From: an uncultured Candidatus Micrarchaeota archaeon
GTDB lineage: Archaea > Micrarchaeota > Micrarchaeia > Anstonellales > Bilamarchaeaceae
Direction of reading: 5' to 3'
Assembly: GCA_963723105.1 (NCBI GenBank)
Contig: CAVRPK010000004.1
Coordinates: forward strand, 4,765 to 68,764
Length of the DNA: 64,000 nt
Below, in pieces: positions 26,593 through 35,695 of this stretch (positions are counted from its first letter, which is position 1; each line of letters opens with the position of its first letter). Both the position numbers and the translations under genes were made by a program. Under the pieces are notes generated by a model. It made no database searches. It had not been told where the DNA came from and saw nothing but the letters and a program-made list of their open reading frames with translations.

Positions 26593-29202
26593 ATGAGAAT
26601 CATCCTTTTGTTTGCTTTAGGCCTAGTGCTTATTTCCGGATGTTTGCAATCTGTTGGTGGAGATAGTTATACAACTGATTATGCAAATGATTTGGCACGT
26701 GTTGCTATAACTGATCCTGATCAGGTTGCACAGTGTGAATTTGGAAAATGCTGGTGCATGGTCTGTGAAAACGGAACTAATATTTTTGGAAGCTCTATTA
26801 CAAGTTTGATCGGTGGATACTGCTATCTTGAGCAAGACTGCAATGAAACTGTTTCACATTCACTTTATTCTACAAATGAAACTCCAAGTCTTTCAATTCG
26901 TGGTTTTATGATAGGCCAAGGTCCTACAATTGCTGATTTTGCAGATGCAACTCCATATTGTTCCTATCGACTTAACATGGCTGTTCAGTTTTTGAGCGCA
27001 ACAGAAGAGTCTCCATATCTTCTTCCAGATGCAGGGCGGTCAATGTGCCTTCTTAGCAAGGATGTTATGCCTGTCTATGTTCTCTACAGCGGTGGAGAAA
27101 ATATCAACAATACAAGAGCCCGGATGGTTGGTGAAGTGCTTGGAACAGAAGGTGATGATCTGTTTCTAGGAAGGCTTTCTGATGGTCCTGTTGGTCCTGT
27201 TGTTGTAGTTACTGAAATAGATTTCAATCGCAGTGATGTTAGCCAAATTGCAGATCAGGTTCGTGCAGTAAATGACGGCTGTCGAAATGTACGATCTGGT
27301 GATGATGCTCGGGTCAATTGCTGGGTTGCAGTTTCTCCAAAGTTCAATGACTTTGATTCTCTAAATGCAGTAATGGCACAGGTTGGAGATCAGGTTGATC
27401 TTATTTCCTTTGGAGTAAATGGGAAATATGTTGATGCATGTACTAATAACAGAATTAATACTGGAAAGATGATGAATCAAATTCGAAACTATACAACTTA
27501 TGCACTTTATAATCTCAGTAAACCAACAATTATTCCATATGTTTTATTTGATCCTGGAACTTCTGATGTTGGTGGATGCAACTGGACTGAGGCTGATGTA
27601 GTTTCAGCATATGCTGCATTCTGGCCAAATGGAATTCAATCTTTGCAGCAAAAAGGACTGATCGGAATTGCTCCTTATTCATTTAATTCAAGTGATTATG
27701 GATACATTGCAAATCCACTTGGATGCAATGCCTGTTCTGTTGGTTCGAGCGATGCAAGAATGCGCGCATGGTATGGCTGGTGTCAAAGTTATACAAATGT
27801 TTCAGGAAGAAACTCCCCACATCCAGGTGGTGGAACTCCAATAATTTTCCCAAATGCTTCTGGTGGTTATTGTGATTTCAATGCCCAGGCAGACTATTTG
27901 CTTCGGGAAGTGAGCTTTATGGATTCAGGTTCAAACAGGGATCTTATGAATCCTCAAACTCCAGATGTTAGGCCAGCTGGCGATCCGCTCTTTCGCTGCA
28001 GTGCATGCGTTAATTATAATTTGAGTCTTGATGCACTATCTCACTTTTCATTTGATCCAAACGAGGGAGCACCTCCAGAGCGATACTGCACTGCATTTCC
28101 GCAAATTGAGCATTGGGCAGATGCTAGAAATTTAGACCCTATGTTTGTTCGGGCAGTTATACTTACTGAAAGTGGTTTTGATCCATGTGCTGCTGCAAGA
28201 GTTTGCCGTGGCGGTTATGATGATGGCCAATGTTTCCAACCTGGTCCTGGGGTAGATGAGTGTTATGCAAAACCTGCATATAATGAAATGTGGGATCCTG
28301 ATGTTACCTGCAATGTAAACCTTACTCCAGCAGCAAACTCCAATTCAGATAATCCTGATTGGCGTTGGTGTGCCTTTGGTTTGATGCAGGTTATCAAACC
28401 TCCCTATACATACTGGCCTGCATCTGCTCATCCAGACGGTGTAGATGGAACATACCTTGATATTTATGAGCAAACTGGTTTCTATCCGCAAGAGCTTGAT
28501 TCAGTTAAGGCATGCGCAAATCCAAGCGGCGAATACAATCCATTTAATCCAAGCCATTCCATTTGCGCAGGTACTCTTGGAATTGCAAGTCAGCTTCGTT
28601 CTGCCAGAGGGATAGTGGATTCATCTCATAGTGCCGGACTACTTAATTGGGATGCTGGTGATGTTGAGAAAAATGAACTATTTGCATACTATATCGTCGG
28701 TCACCTGTATACTGGTTTCTGGGGCGCTGCAAATAGACATAATGTTGGTAGTATTCCAGCTCCATGTGGTATTGGGACAATTGGAAATGGGGATTGTCTT
28801 CTCCAGGAATTCCATAAGGCATGGACAGTTACTGATGAATACTGTGAATCTGATGATGGGCAAGCCGATACAATAGCCTGCAGTGGTGATCATCCAAGAG
28901 TGGATCCTCCAGAAGCATGTTATGGATATACTGATATCCTTCTATTTTATCAAGATTGTATACAGCCGTTCTTGCAAAGAGAGGCTGATCCTGGAAAAGA
29001 AAAAATGGAAGCATATTTGTGGCTTCGTGGATGCCCGAATAATATGTGTCCGGATGGTCAGGCTTTAATCAATGCAATCTGCACACCTGATGCAACTGGC
29101 CAGGTTGATCCAAGTCTTTGCATTGGTCCAAATCAACCTTTAGTAACTGGAAATCCATACATAATAGATGAGGAAGCTGAGGAAGAAACTCCAGAAGAAT
29201 GA
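26593..29202 (+). CDS. Secreted Cys-rich lipoprotein with SLT/GH23 lytic transglycosylase-like domain (869 aa)
   Basis: Lipobox signal LVLISGC. About 40 Cys in total. SLT core RAVILTESGFDPCAAA (catalytic Glu codon at 28168-28170) and FGLMQV (28375-28392) are separated by a ~70-aa Cys-rich insertion. Confidence 0.7.
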   Translation: MRIILLFALGLVLISGCLQSVGGDSYTTDYANDLARVAITDPDQVAQCEFGKCWCMVCENGTNIFGSSITSLIGGYCYLEQDCNETVSHSLYSTNETPSLSIRGFMIGQGPTIADFADATPYCSYRLNMAVQFLSATEESPYLLPDAGRSMCLLSKDVMPVYVLYSGGENINNTRARMVGEVLGTEGDDLFLGRLSDGPVGPVVVVTEIDFNRSDVSQIADQVRAVNDGCRNVRSGDDARVNCWVAVSPKFNDFDSLNAVMAQVGDQVDLISFGVNGKYVDACTNNRINTGKMMNQIRNYTTYALYNLSKPTIIPYVLFDPGTSDVGGCNWTEADVVSAYAAFWPNGIQSLQQKGLIGIAPYSFNSSDYGYIANPLGCNACSVGSSDARMRAWYGWCQSYTNVSGRNSPHPGGGTPIIFPNASGGYCDFNAQADYLLREVSFMDSGSNRDLMNPQTPDVRPAGDPLFRCSACVNYNLSLDALSHFSFDPNEGAPPERYCTAFPQIEHWADARNLDPMFVRAVILTESGFDPCAAARVCRGGYDDGQCFQPGPGVDECYAKPAYNEMWDPDVTCNVNLTPAANSNSDNPDWRWCAFGLMQVIKPPYTYWPASAHPDGVDGTYLDIYEQTGFYPQELDSVKACANPSGEYNPFNPSHSICAGTLGIASQLRSARGIVDSSHSAGLLNWDAGDVEKNELFAYYIVGHLYTGFWGAANRHNVGSIPAPCGIGTIGNGDCLLQEFHKAWTVTDEYCESDDGQADTIACSGDHPRVDPPEACYGYTDILLFYQDCIQPFLQREADPGKEKMEAYLWLRGCPNNMCPDGQALINAICTPDATGQVDPSLCIGPNQPLVTGNPYIIDEEAEEETPEE

Positions 29203-30300
29203 CTAGCTTAGCCATTCTTTATTTTCTATTTTTTGTTTTATGTATTCTCCAACAAAAGTAAGTCTTTGTCCTTGAAGAGCATCCTGCTCAATCTTTTTCT
29301 TGGTCTTTAGAACAAGTTTTAGTTCGCGAACCCAGTCCTTGTGCCTGTTGATCCAAGGGTAGCTCATCATTTCTTCAGCTCTTTTGATGTCTACATCCTT
29401 AGCTTTAATCGTTAGCTTATCAAGGAAACTAAATTCAGTAATATCACTCATAGTAACTCCGATAAATCTAGATTCCGGAACTGCAAAGTCACGCCCCAGG
29501 TAAGCAAGATTCATGCTTCCTGTCTTTATTGTCCAGTAGATGTACCATCCCCAGGCATCACAGTCCATGAGGCAGTAAACTGGCAATTTTTTGTCAGCTA
29601 GTTTTCGAAGCAGTCTTCTGGTTCCTCTGGTGGATTGTCCCTTTGGAGTAACAAGAAGGCAATTTTCTTCCTTCCAGAATTTATCCTCATTTAGTCTCTG
29701 CCAAAGCGCATCCTTTTCAACTACTAGAACATAATCAGCTTCTAAGCTTTCAATTTCCATACCATTGTCAACATCACTTGGAATACTCCAGCCGCTTCGT
29801 CCTTGTTTTGCCAGATCTATTATTGTTTCCTCTCCACCGAATTTATCTAGGATTTTCATATTTCCGGCAAGGAATCCCTTTCGATCTGTTGTCAAATGCA
29901 AATCTTCTCTCTTAATCTTTAGCGCAACTTCAAGGTCTTCAATAAGTCCGTTTGATTCACTTTGCTCTGTAAATAAGTCTTCATCAAGGTTTTCTCCAAG
30001 ACTGAACTTAAGCTGGTAAAACAGACCTCTGATTGATGTGTGAAGGTCCTGAGCTAGAAATTGCTTTGTTTTTGCTGCAATTGCAACTGTCTGCATGAAT
30101 GTTCTTGCCTGTGCAACGCTCAAATATTTCCTCGTTTCTTTTTTCTCTCCGGTTCTAAGACAGCCATATCCCTCATCATAAATAGTATTGCTTTTTGTCC
30201 TCAAAGTTGTTTCAAATGTTGGCCCTTCTCCTGCGTCAATCTGCTTTACCATTCCTCGTCCAAGCTCTTCAAGCTTTTTCATTGCCTTGGAATCACTCAT
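29203..30300 (-). CDS. top6A: DNA topoisomerase VI subunit A (Spo11-like)
   Basis: 5Y-CAP region IRGLFYQL, Toprim VVEKDALWQRL, DxD LMDCDAWGWYIY and PKGQSTRGTRRLL. The stop abuts the SLT gene stop with no spacer. Confidence 0.9.
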   Translation of the reverse strand: MSDSKAMKKLEELGRGMVKQIDAGEGPTFETTLRTKSNTIYDEGYGCLRTGEKKETRKYLSVAQARTFMQTVAIAAKTKQFLAQDLHTSIRGLFYQLKFSLGENLDEDLFTEQSESNGLIEDLEVALKIKREDLHLTTDRKGFLAGNMKILDKFGGEETIIDLAKQGRSGWSIPSDVDNGMEIESLEADYVLVVEKDALWQRLNEDKFWKEENCLLVTPKGQSTRGTRRLLRKLADKKLPVYCLMDCDAWGWYIYWTIKTGSMNLAYLGRDFAVPESRFIGVTMSDITEFSFLDKLTIKAKDVDIKRAEEMMSYPWINRHKDWVRELKLVLKTKKKIEQDALQGQRLTFVGEYIKQKIENKEWLS

Positions 30301-31921
30301 TTGCTTCAGCCTCCTCTACATTAGGTTTCTTTGACTTATCCGCTTCCTTATCCTCTACCTTAGGTTTCTCCGGGGGTTTTATCTCTTCTTTTTTTGACTC
30401 TGTATATTTGTCTTCAACGATTTCTCTAAGTTCTTTTGCAATTCTCTCTGGTTTTCTTTGAGTGAGGGAAGCGAGATCATTTGACAGTTGCTCAATGTAT
30501 CTGCTCACAACCTTTTTCTTTGTGGCAATTTCATTTGCCTTTTTCCTTCCAGAAATAAATCTTTGAATTCCACGAGAAGCTTCCATAACAGCAAATTTTA
30601 TCTCTGCCATTAGGTCCTCTTCACTTGCAAGTGCTTGTTTTCCGGCACTTGTATATGGAACATGTACAGAAACTACATTCACAAGTACTGCAATGGGCTC
30701 CTCATCAAAATTACGAATATTATATCTTTTCCAGTCAATAGTCTTTATTGTTTCAGTAATTGCACATCCGCCTGCATCAAACAAAAGAGGCACCTTATTT
30801 GCAAACCTCATAACTTCTCCTCGTTTATTTGCAGCAGCAACACCTCCGCCATAAGCAATTCCAACTTCAACTGAAAATGGAATTCCTCCTCGATAAACCT
30901 TGGGGCTTCTCTGGGTGATTACCAAAACTTCTGGATTGAAAATGTTTCTAAAAGATGCTTCTACCTGTTCTCTTCCAATTGGAACTAGAGAGTCTGTTGA
31001 AGGTGCGATCCATTTGACCTTTTCAATTGCACCAACTATTGCCTCTGCATCTTCCCAGCTCATCTTGTCTGGTCTTTTGTTGAAATCAATTTCTGGTAGC
31101 ATGCTTTTGAGGTCTTCAACCTTAGCAGCACTAACTCTTGCAAAAGTATTCTGAAGAAATGATGATATTCTCTTGTGTTCTACTGAATGCTTTGCAAATT
31201 CAAGAAGATCATGCGGTTTGATTCCAAGTGGGTGCGGTTTTATCTCATATGCTTTCTTTGGATTTATTTCAACTGATCTTGGAAATACTGTTTTTTCATT
31301 ATTTGGTTCGGTCAAAGATATGATGCAATGCGGATTTGCAAGAGCTGTTCTTCGAAGATATTCAAAGATACCATAATTGCTCCTTTCATACCGAACATCT
31401 TTGTATTCAGAAATAACAGTCAGGCCATGTTCCTCTGTATCTGTTTCTTCTGTAACCTCAATTATCGGTTTATTTTTCTTAAAATCCATTGAAATTATTG
31501 CAGTCAGTTTTTTTCCACCGTGTGATGTAATTGCTTTTGTTGATTGTCCAGTAGTAATATATGAGAACATAGTACATGCAGCAGCACCAATACCCTGCTG
31601 TCCTCTTTGTTGAATATATCTGTGGAATTTGGTTCCAGCGAGCATTTGCCCAAGAGCCTTTCCAAGGTGTGATTTTGGAATTCCAGGTCCATTATCGCTG
31701 ATAGTTACTTTGTAGTGGTCCTTTCCAAGTTCCTCAACCTGTACTGAAATTTCCGGGAGAATTCCTGCTTCTTCACAAGCATCCAGGCCATTTGTCACAA
31801 ATTCATGCACTATCATTGTTAGAGAACGAACCTTTCCTGAAAATCCAAGCATTTGTCTATTTTTCTTGAAAAATTCAGCTACTGAGTGTTCTCTGAATTG
31901 TTTGAATACGTCGTCTTCCAT
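30293..31921 (-). CDS. top6B: DNA topoisomerase VI subunit B (GHKL ATPase)
   Basis: Bergerat-fold motifs EFVTNGLDACEE, DNGPGI and GQQGIGAAA. Lys/Glu-rich C-terminal tail. 8-nt overlap with top6A. Confidence 0.9.
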   Translation of the reverse strand: MEDDVFKQFREHSVAEFFKKNRQMLGFSGKVRSLTMIVHEFVTNGLDACEEAGILPEISVQVEELGKDHYKVTISDNGPGIPKSHLGKALGQMLAGTKFHRYIQQRGQQGIGAAACTMFSYITTGQSTKAITSHGGKKLTAIISMDFKKNKPIIEVTEETDTEEHGLTVISEYKDVRYERSNYGIFEYLRRTALANPHCIISLTEPNNEKTVFPRSVEINPKKAYEIKPHPLGIKPHDLLEFAKHSVEHKRISSFLQNTFARVSAAKVEDLKSMLPEIDFNKRPDKMSWEDAEAIVGAIEKVKWIAPSTDSLVPIGREQVEASFRNIFNPEVLVITQRSPKVYRGGIPFSVEVGIAYGGGVAAANKRGEVMRFANKVPLLFDAGGCAITETIKTIDWKRYNIRNFDEEPIAVLVNVVSVHVPYTSAGKQALASEEDLMAEIKFAVMEASRGIQRFISGRKKANEIATKKKVVSRYIEQLSNDLASLTQRKPERIAKELREIVEDKYTESKKEEIKPPEKPKVEDKEADKSKKPNVEEAEANE

Positions 31922-32028
31922 TCAATATCCTCTTTTACTTCTACTGGTCTTCTTGCATATTGTATTTCCTTTCCCATATTAATACTTATCTTTGGCTAGA
32001 GCCATTAAACACCATCTTTTAAAATATT

Positions 32029-32535
32029 TTGAAGATAATTAGTTTTATGCGCTTTTGGCAAAAAAAACATCAGCCTAAGTTTAATTCTGGAAATGCTCCA
32101 AGTATTACTAGTGGAACATCCAAAGTTCCGATGGCAGAATCTCTAAGAAAAAAAGCAAAAGTCGCAATCTTTGATGATGTTGCTGAAATTATTGAAGCAT
32201 ATTCCGTTTTTCTAGGCGAATCAGAAGTGTGCATAGTTTCCAGAGAACCTGTATGCTCTGTTTCTGATGCAATTGCAGTCTTTCGTTCTAACCATCCTAA
32301 CTTTGTTATAACTGATCTTTCACTTACTGTTGGTGGAACTGAAGGCTTTGAGATACTTGATCAGATAAGAACTATTGACCCAGAAGTTCCAGTTGTTCTC
32401 TCAACTTCTGCTTATTCTCATACCTCAGTTGATGAAATTTGTGTAAAAATTAGGGCCAAAGGTTATGATGCTGTTTTTGAAAAAAGGGATGGAGATGGAA
32501 TTGCAGAATTTTTCAGATCTCGGTTCAGCTCCTGA
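32029..32535 (+). CDS. Orphan response-regulator receiver domain protein
   Basis: KVAIFDDV acidic pocket, phospho-acceptor Asp in FVITDLSL, VVLSTSA and AVFEK. The true start may be an internal Met. No kinase gene in the window. Confidence 0.65.
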   Translation: MKIISFMRFWQKKHQPKFNSGNAPSITSGTSKVPMAESLRKKAKVAIFDDVAEIIEAYSVFLGESEVCIVSREPVCSVSDAIAVFRSNHPNFVITDLSLTVGGTEGFEILDQIRTIDPEVPVVLSTSAYSHTSVDEICVKIRAKGYDAVFEKRDGDGIAEFFRSRFSS

Positions 32536-33046
32536 ATTTGGCCTCTAAAATCTTTCTTCTTGCTTTTGATAAATATGCAAGAACTGAGGCATGCTGAGAT
32601 CCATTTATGATCATTGATATTGCTTCTTTAGCATAATTTATTGTTTCAACATTTGAAATAATCCCAATTGTGCTTCCATAAACGCTGATGAAAGAATCTG
32701 TTGCATCTTCTATTGCTATTTTTATTTTTCCATCATCTCCAATAACTCTTCCTTTCATTCTTGTTATTGTCTTCTCTGTTGAAGCAAGTTCGCGAAGTGA
32801 AATCAAATAAAATGTGTTTTCTGGCTTTAGTAGCATGAAAGCTTTTCTTGGCTCAAAACCTCTTCCAATTGCCTTTACTATATCTTGTGCAAAGAATACA
32901 TCTGCAGGTTCTCCCACAATTTCTACTTCGCTATCGCTGATCTTTAGTGAAACGTTGCATTTTTCTTCAATCTTTTCTTTTGTTTTTTTGTTAGTTCCAA
33001 TTAAAATTTTAATTCGTTCTTCTGGAATTCGTATTATCTCGCTCAT
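32525..33046 (-). CDS. KH-domain RNA-binding protein (archaeal Dim2/Pno1-like)
   Basis: Two KH modules (IRIPEERIKILIGTNKKTKEKIEE and RVIGDDGKIKIAIED). 173 aa. Confidence 0.75.
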   Translation of the reverse strand: MSEIIRIPEERIKILIGTNKKTKEKIEEKCNVSLKISDSEVEIVGEPADVFFAQDIVKAIGRGFEPRKAFMLLKPENTFYLISLRELASTEKTITRMKGRVIGDDGKIKIAIEDATDSFISVYGSTIGIISNVETINYAKEAISMIINGSQHASVLAYLSKARRKILEAKFRS

Positions 33047-33828
33047 TTTGCAATCCTCTTTAATATTTTCTTAATCTCTGCATCGCTTTCAGAATTTAGT
33101 CTTTCTCTGGCAGCTTTTTTCACTTCTTCATCATCAATTCCCTCAAGTGCTTTGGCAGCCGATGCTCTTGCATTTTTATCCCAATGAGAAAGCAATATGA
33201 TGAATGCTTTTTTCACTTCAGGTTCTTCCTTTATTGTTGAAATTGCTTCAATTGCACTATTCTGATTTTTTCCAATATCTCCCCTGGCAAAAATAACCAA
33301 TTCTTTTTTCAGAAATCTGGAAAGTTCAGCTTCTTTGATAAATGCTACATGGGCCAGCGCAACTGGAGCATCATCACTGTTTCTTAGCATATTCATCATG
33401 TAGCTATATATTGTTTTTTTATACTCGTCTTGAGTCACTAATCTTTTGAGAGCACTTCCAACACTTTCAAATATGTCATATTTTTTGTTGAGTGCAATTT
33501 CAAGAAATTCTCCGAATTCATCCTCCCACTTTCCATCGAGCATCATCATTGAGCTGTAAAGTGAAATGAATTTAGAAGGCAGTCCGAATTTTTCTCCTTC
33601 GGGATTTGACAATACTGATACTGCTACTCTCATCAATGCAAATCTTTCTTCTTCCAGTTTTTCAAGTTCAATTCCTGGTTTTTTGGTAGCGGCATATGAC
33701 CCCATTATCTTCCAAAAGAGATCCCGAATATTCATATCTGGGGAAAGTTCAAATTTATCCAGCCCCAACTTCTTTCGCTCTTCTGGGACCTCATCGTCTA
33801 TATCGCCGCCAAATGCTTCCTTTGGCAT
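33043..33828 (-). CDS. Hypothetical helical (HEAT-like) protein
   Basis: ORF coupled to the KH gene by a 4-nt overlap. The C-terminal ARASAAKALEGIDDEEVKKAARERL is HEAT-like. Confidence 0.5.
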   Translation of the reverse strand: MPKEAFGGDIDDEVPEERKKLGLDKFELSPDMNIRDLFWKIMGSYAATKKPGIELEKLEEERFALMRVAVSVLSNPEGEKFGLPSKFISLYSSMMMLDGKWEDEFGEFLEIALNKKYDIFESVGSALKRLVTQDEYKKTIYSYMMNMLRNSDDAPVALAHVAFIKEAELSRFLKKELVIFARGDIGKNQNSAIEAISTIKEEPEVKKAFIILLSHWDKNARASAAKALEGIDDEEVKKAARERLNSESDAEIKKILKRIAK

Positions 33829-33850
33829 ACAATATCTATCATCATCCTTG

Positions 33851-33860
33851 TTTATAAAAA
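33851..33860 (+). promoter_or_regulatory. TATA box (TTTATAAAAA) for GGR-family gene
   Basis: Lies about 27 nt upstream of ATG 33883. Confidence 0.5.
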
Positions 33861-33882
33861 CATTTTGAATAATCGATATCCA

Positions 33883-34902
33883 ATGCCTGATTATGATATT
33901 GTGATTATAGGCTCTGGTCCAGCTGGTCTATCCTGTGCCAGAACTCTTGCCAAATCCAACCTTTCTGTTCTTGTTCTTGAGAAAAACGACCAGCTTGGGA
34001 AGAAAATTTGCTCCGGGGAGATATCTCCCAAAGTGCTTCCTGATGAAAAATTTGATCGGGGCCATCCCTGGAAGAGCATGGTTGTTGGAACTGATACTAC
34101 AAAGCACACAGTACATTTTGATCGTCCTTACCTATGGACTATTGGAAGGTATGAGTTTGAAAGCTACCTTATGAGCAAAACAGATGCAGATATTCATTTT
34201 TCTGAACTTGTTACTGAGATTACAAACAAGTATGTCAAAACAGACAAGGCAAAATATTCATACAAATATCTTATTGGTGCGGATGGATCATTTTCAAAAG
34301 TCCGTGAATTTTTGTCTCTTCCAACAAAACATATTGTTGGTTGGGCGTTTCACGTAGTATTAGAAAAGCCTGCCAACGAGTTTCATCTTTACTGGCTTCC
34401 CAAATCATTTCCAAAATGTTATGGGTATGTGATGTCAAAAAACAAAGATCAGACGATGGTGGGAGTTGCAACTACGGGTGAAAATTTTGATCATGATTTT
34501 GCCCGAAGAACAAAAATCTGGGTAGAAAATCAATTTTCTCTTGACACTAATCTGCTAAGATCTGAATCTATGAAGGGCAATGCAGATTATCGGGGCTGGA
34601 ACTTTGGTAATATCTTTCTGGTTGGAGATGCAGGCGGGTTTCTTAATCCACTAACTACTGAGGGAATCTATTATGCTGTTAAAAGCGGAGAGGGTGCTGC
34701 GAAGCATATTCTTGGCAACAGTGGCGGGCAAAAAATAATGGATAAATTAGTCAGTACTCACAAATGGCAGGTCCTGATTTTTGATCTTGCAACAAATACT
34801 AAACTTCCATTTTGCTGGATTATCAATTGGATCCTTCAAGATCCAAGAAAAGGAATAAGAAGAAAAATCTTTGATTTTGTCCTCTGGAAATTAATTGCTT
34901 AG
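33883..34902 (+). CDS. Geranylgeranyl reductase-family FAD-dependent oxidoreductase
   Basis: YDIVIIGSGPAGLSCA..LVLEK (GxGxxG) and GDAGGFLNPLTTEGIYYA. Start moved to ATG 33883. Confidence 0.75.
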   Translation: MPDYDIVIIGSGPAGLSCARTLAKSNLSVLVLEKNDQLGKKICSGEISPKVLPDEKFDRGHPWKSMVVGTDTTKHTVHFDRPYLWTIGRYEFESYLMSKTDADIHFSELVTEITNKYVKTDKAKYSYKYLIGADGSFSKVREFLSLPTKHIVGWAFHVVLEKPANEFHLYWLPKSFPKCYGYVMSKNKDQTMVGVATTGENFDHDFARRTKIWVENQFSLDTNLLRSESMKGNADYRGWNFGNIFLVGDAGGFLNPLTTEGIYYAVKSGEGAAKHILGNSGGQKIMDKLVSTHKWQVLIFDLATNTKLPFCWIINWILQDPRKGIRRKIFDFVLWKLIA

Positions 34903-35459
34903 TCCTTCCACTTGATGCTGCATCCACATGAAGGATTGAATTCTGCCGTGATCTCTTCTCCTGCAAGAAGTTTTTTTATTGCATCTTCAATTTCACTGGT
35001 TTTTCCTTCTCCGTGAGATTCTGCATGAGCATCATCGAATCTTCCGTGGTACTTGAGTTTAAGTTCTGAATCAAATAAGTAAGGGTCTGGAGTGCACATT
35101 GCTCCATATGCCTTTGCAATTTCCTGTGTTTTGTCGATCAGATAATGGAAATTGAACTTGTATTTTTCTGCATATTCCTTCATTTTCTCAAAACTGTCTT
35201 CTGGGTATTTTACTGAATCATTAGAATTGATCGCAACAACCTGTAAACCTTGTTTTCCATATTTGCTTTGCAGCTCTACTATGTAATCCATTTTAGGAAC
35301 AACATAAGGGCAGTGGTTGCACATGAAAATTATCAAAACTGCTTTTTTACCTCTGAATTCTTCCAAAGAATGATTTTTTCCATCAATCCCATTAAGATCA
35401 AAAGTTGGTGCCTCATTATCCCTTTCCAAAACTCTGTCATTTGAATATTCCAGGCTCAT
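34899..35459 (-). CDS. Thioredoxin-fold thiol-disulfide oxidoreductase (TlpA/redoxin-like)
   Basis: CNHCPYV CxxC motif in a redoxin-like context (GKKAVLIIFMCNHCPYV). ATGA overlap with the hicB-like gene. Confidence 0.65.
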   Translation of the reverse strand: MSLEYSNDRVLERDNEAPTFDLNGIDGKNHSLEEFRGKKAVLIIFMCNHCPYVVPKMDYIVELQSKYGKQGLQVVAINSNDSVKYPEDSFEKMKEYAEKYKFNFHYLIDKTQEIAKAYGAMCTPDPYLFDSELKLKYHGRFDDAHAESHGEGKTSEIEDAIKKLLAGEEITAEFNPSCGCSIKWKD

Positions 35460-35695
35460 TTTTTCATCCTCGAATCCTTTGTTTTTCTTACGCTGCTTTC
35501 AGGTCCATTATTATTTTTGTGCTTTGGTCTTTTGGATGCTAGTTCCGTCAAGTAGAGTCCGATCATTTCACGAATGGCATTTTTTGCATCCTTTTTCTCA
35601 TCAACCTGGACACTGCAACCTGGAAGCTCTGGAACAGAAACCATGAATTTATCTTCTACTTTTGTAATATCTACTTCATAACCTTCTATTTTCAT
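35456..35695 (-). CDS. HicB-like (UPF0150) antitoxin-family protein lacking a DNA-binding domain
   Basis: VSVPELPGCSVQVDEKKDAKNAIREMIGLYL matches the HicB N-domain pattern (LPGCxxxGxTxEEAxxNxxEAI). It has a basic tail instead of an RHH/HTH domain. Confidence 0.6.
   Translation of the reverse strand: MKIEGYEVDITKVEDKFMVSVPELPGCSVQVDEKKDAKNAIREMIGLYLTELASKRPKHKNNNGPESSVRKTKDSRMKK

Noticed and set aside
21846-29202. Giant/SLT gene pair as a horizontally acquired GC island
   Set aside because: My spot counts give about 40-45% GC. That is above the orphan neighbours (~33%) but similar to tfb and other core genes, so composition alone does not support foreign origin. No flanking repeats, integrase or tRNA are present.
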